DNA of 25,685 nucleotides from the IMG/VR virus record IMGVR_UViG_3300036779_000010, positions 1 through 25,685 of that record. One strand, given 5' to 3'. Made by a program: the position numbers and the translations under genes. Below, in pieces: positions 24,643 to 25,685 of this stretch. The notes under the pieces are model-generated. The model did not search any database. It saw nothing but the letters and a program-made list of their open reading frames with translations, and had not been told where the DNA came from. How positions within the stretch are numbered: the first letter of the stretch is position 1; each line of letters begins with the position of its first letter. Source of the DNA: a virus (taxonomy: Duplodnaviria > Caudoviricetes).

Positions 24643-25521
24643 GTGAGAAAAAATAAATGGTGCTCTCGAACCATTGTTTCATTGTCATGTTGTGTGGTTC
24701 TCTCTGGCTGCGCTTCTACTGGCGGGAAATCGGATTCAAATGCCCTATATAAAAAACGCCCAGGCTGGTCACAACTGGCAATTTTAGCCTCTGATGATTG
24801 CAATACATGGAAAAGTGGTGGCAAATCATTGATAAATTGGAGCGGTGAAGAGTGCTCGCCAAGTGGGTTAATAAAATCTATAAATAAAACCCCGAGTAGT
24901 ATCCCTGTGTTTTATGCAGCCTATCACGAGTATGGGTATGATGGTGTCAGGGCGATAGATGTGCGGGATACTTCACAATTGAACTATCTAAATTTTGCTC
25001 ATGATCTTTCAAGACAAGTTTCGTCGTCTTCGGTCGTTTCTAAAATTTACGAAGATTATTTTATAGACAGAAAATCGATGGGACTCAATGAAATTTCTCG
25101 AGTGGATTTTGTCGAAAAGCTGAATGAATTTGCTTTGAAAAAAGATGCCATATACCAAGAGATGAACCGGGTAGCCAAAGTGGATTACGACAAGTCCAAT
25201 GTTTCCACCTCCGGGGAAAAACTCGGTGTTGACTATAAAACTGTTTGCGGGCCGTTCACTATAGATCTATCTCCGTCTGATGGTTGGTCTCGCATCAATG
25301 GCGCAAAACCAGAGTCACAAAAAATACGTCGAATAGGCCCAGGGCATGGTGTGGAAAATATCAAAATGGAATGGCGTGTTGCCACTAATCAGCCTGGGAA
25401 ATGGATTGGCTTGGAATACATTAAGCGTGACGGTAAGGGGATATTAAATGCGCAGTTGCTGCAAGCCAGCATGGATGCGCCGCGTCAGTACGCGACCTAC
25501 GACTGCCAGAAAGTGAAATAA
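24643..25521 (+). CDS. AT-rich putative lipoprotein (accessory gene in baseplate operon), 292 aa
   Basis: GTG after GGAGGGAG; basic N-terminus, hydrophobic stretch, lipobox LSG|C23; visibly lower GC than neighbours. Confidence 0.8.
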   Translation: MRKNKWCSRTIVSLSCCVVLSGCASTGGKSDSNALYKKRPGWSQLAILASDDCNTWKSGGKSLINWSGEECSPSGLIKSINKTPSSIPVFYAAYHEYGYDGVRAIDVRDTSQLNYLNFAHDLSRQVSSSSVVSKIYEDYFIDRKSMGLNEISRVDFVEKLNEFALKKDAIYQEMNRVAKVDYDKSNVSTSGEKLGVDYKTVCGPFTIDLSPSDGWSRINGAKPESQKIRRIGPGHGVENIKMEWRVATNQPGKWIGLEYIKRDGKGILNAQLLQASMDAPRQYATYDCQKVK

Positions 25522-25564
25522 TCCGACTGGCACATAATCAGACTTACTGAGACCCGCTTCGGCG

Positions 25565-25685
25565 CTGAGGGATCCCCACAAAACTCAGCGCTAATAAACC
25601 AGCACCATACTTCGGTAGGCTCTGGCGAGGTGGTTAAGAACGGTATCCAGTACTGTTCTTGTTAAAATTAGCGGAGAGTGTCGCA
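25565..25685 (-). mobile_element. IS4-family (IS10 group) insertion sequence, right end (IRR) and transposase C-terminus; truncated by window edge
   Basis: Begins CTGAGGGATCCCCAC (13/14 match to the IRL at 109-122; contains Dam GATC like the IS10 inside end). Confidence 0.85.
25591..25685 (-). CDS. IS4-family transposase, C-terminal fragment (partial)
   Basis: Minus strand reads RHSPLILTRTVLDTVLNHLARAYRSMVLVY* ending just inside the IRR. Confidence 0.8.
   Translation of the reverse strand, partial: RHSPLILTRTVLDTVLNHLARAYRSMVLVY

Larger units (their letters stand above)
123..25564. mobile_element. Temperate prophage segment (lambdoid early/lysis region plus contractile-tail head/tail module), incomplete at both ends
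   Basis: Contiguous cI-cro-replication-Q-lysis-terminase-portal-capsid-sheath-tape measure-baseplate gene order. Integrase, pL operon, spike, wedge and tail fibre genes are not in the window. Confidence 0.97.

Noticed and set aside
123-25564. Single IS insertion on a circular molecule
   Set aside because: The two flanks (CGCACAAGCG vs CGCTTCGGCG) are not a target-site duplication.

Overview
This window is most of an enterobacterial temperate prophage, bounded at both ends by the tips of an IS4-family (IS10-group) element in the same orientation: IRL plus transposase start at 1-122, and IRR plus transposase C-terminus at 25565-25685. From left to right it carries a near-lambda immunity switch (cI, OR3/OR2/OR1, cro) with no recognisable cII, replication genes (O-like initiator with 23-bp iterons, DnaC-like loader, DnaB), Q/pR'/tR', several small accessory ORFs and a lysis cassette (dual-start holin, GH24 endolysin, Rz/Rz1). 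Next come terS and terL and a contractile-tail morphogenesis module (DUF1073-type portal, SPP1 gp7-like protein, DUF2213-type protease/scaffold, DUF2184-type capsid, DUF3383-type sheath, tube, frameshifted tail chaperone, tape measure with SLT domain, baseplate genes), ending in an AT-rich lipoprotein gene. The most unusual signal is a pair of inverted XerC/XerD (dif/psi-like) recombination sites at 9234-9261 and 13095-13122. Each has a non-coding accessory-like stretch on its XerC side, and together they bracket exactly terL-portal-head morphogenesis. This suggests a host-Xer-controlled invertible or exchangeable DNA-packaging cassette. Family names come from motif recognition and synteny by eye, not from database searches.
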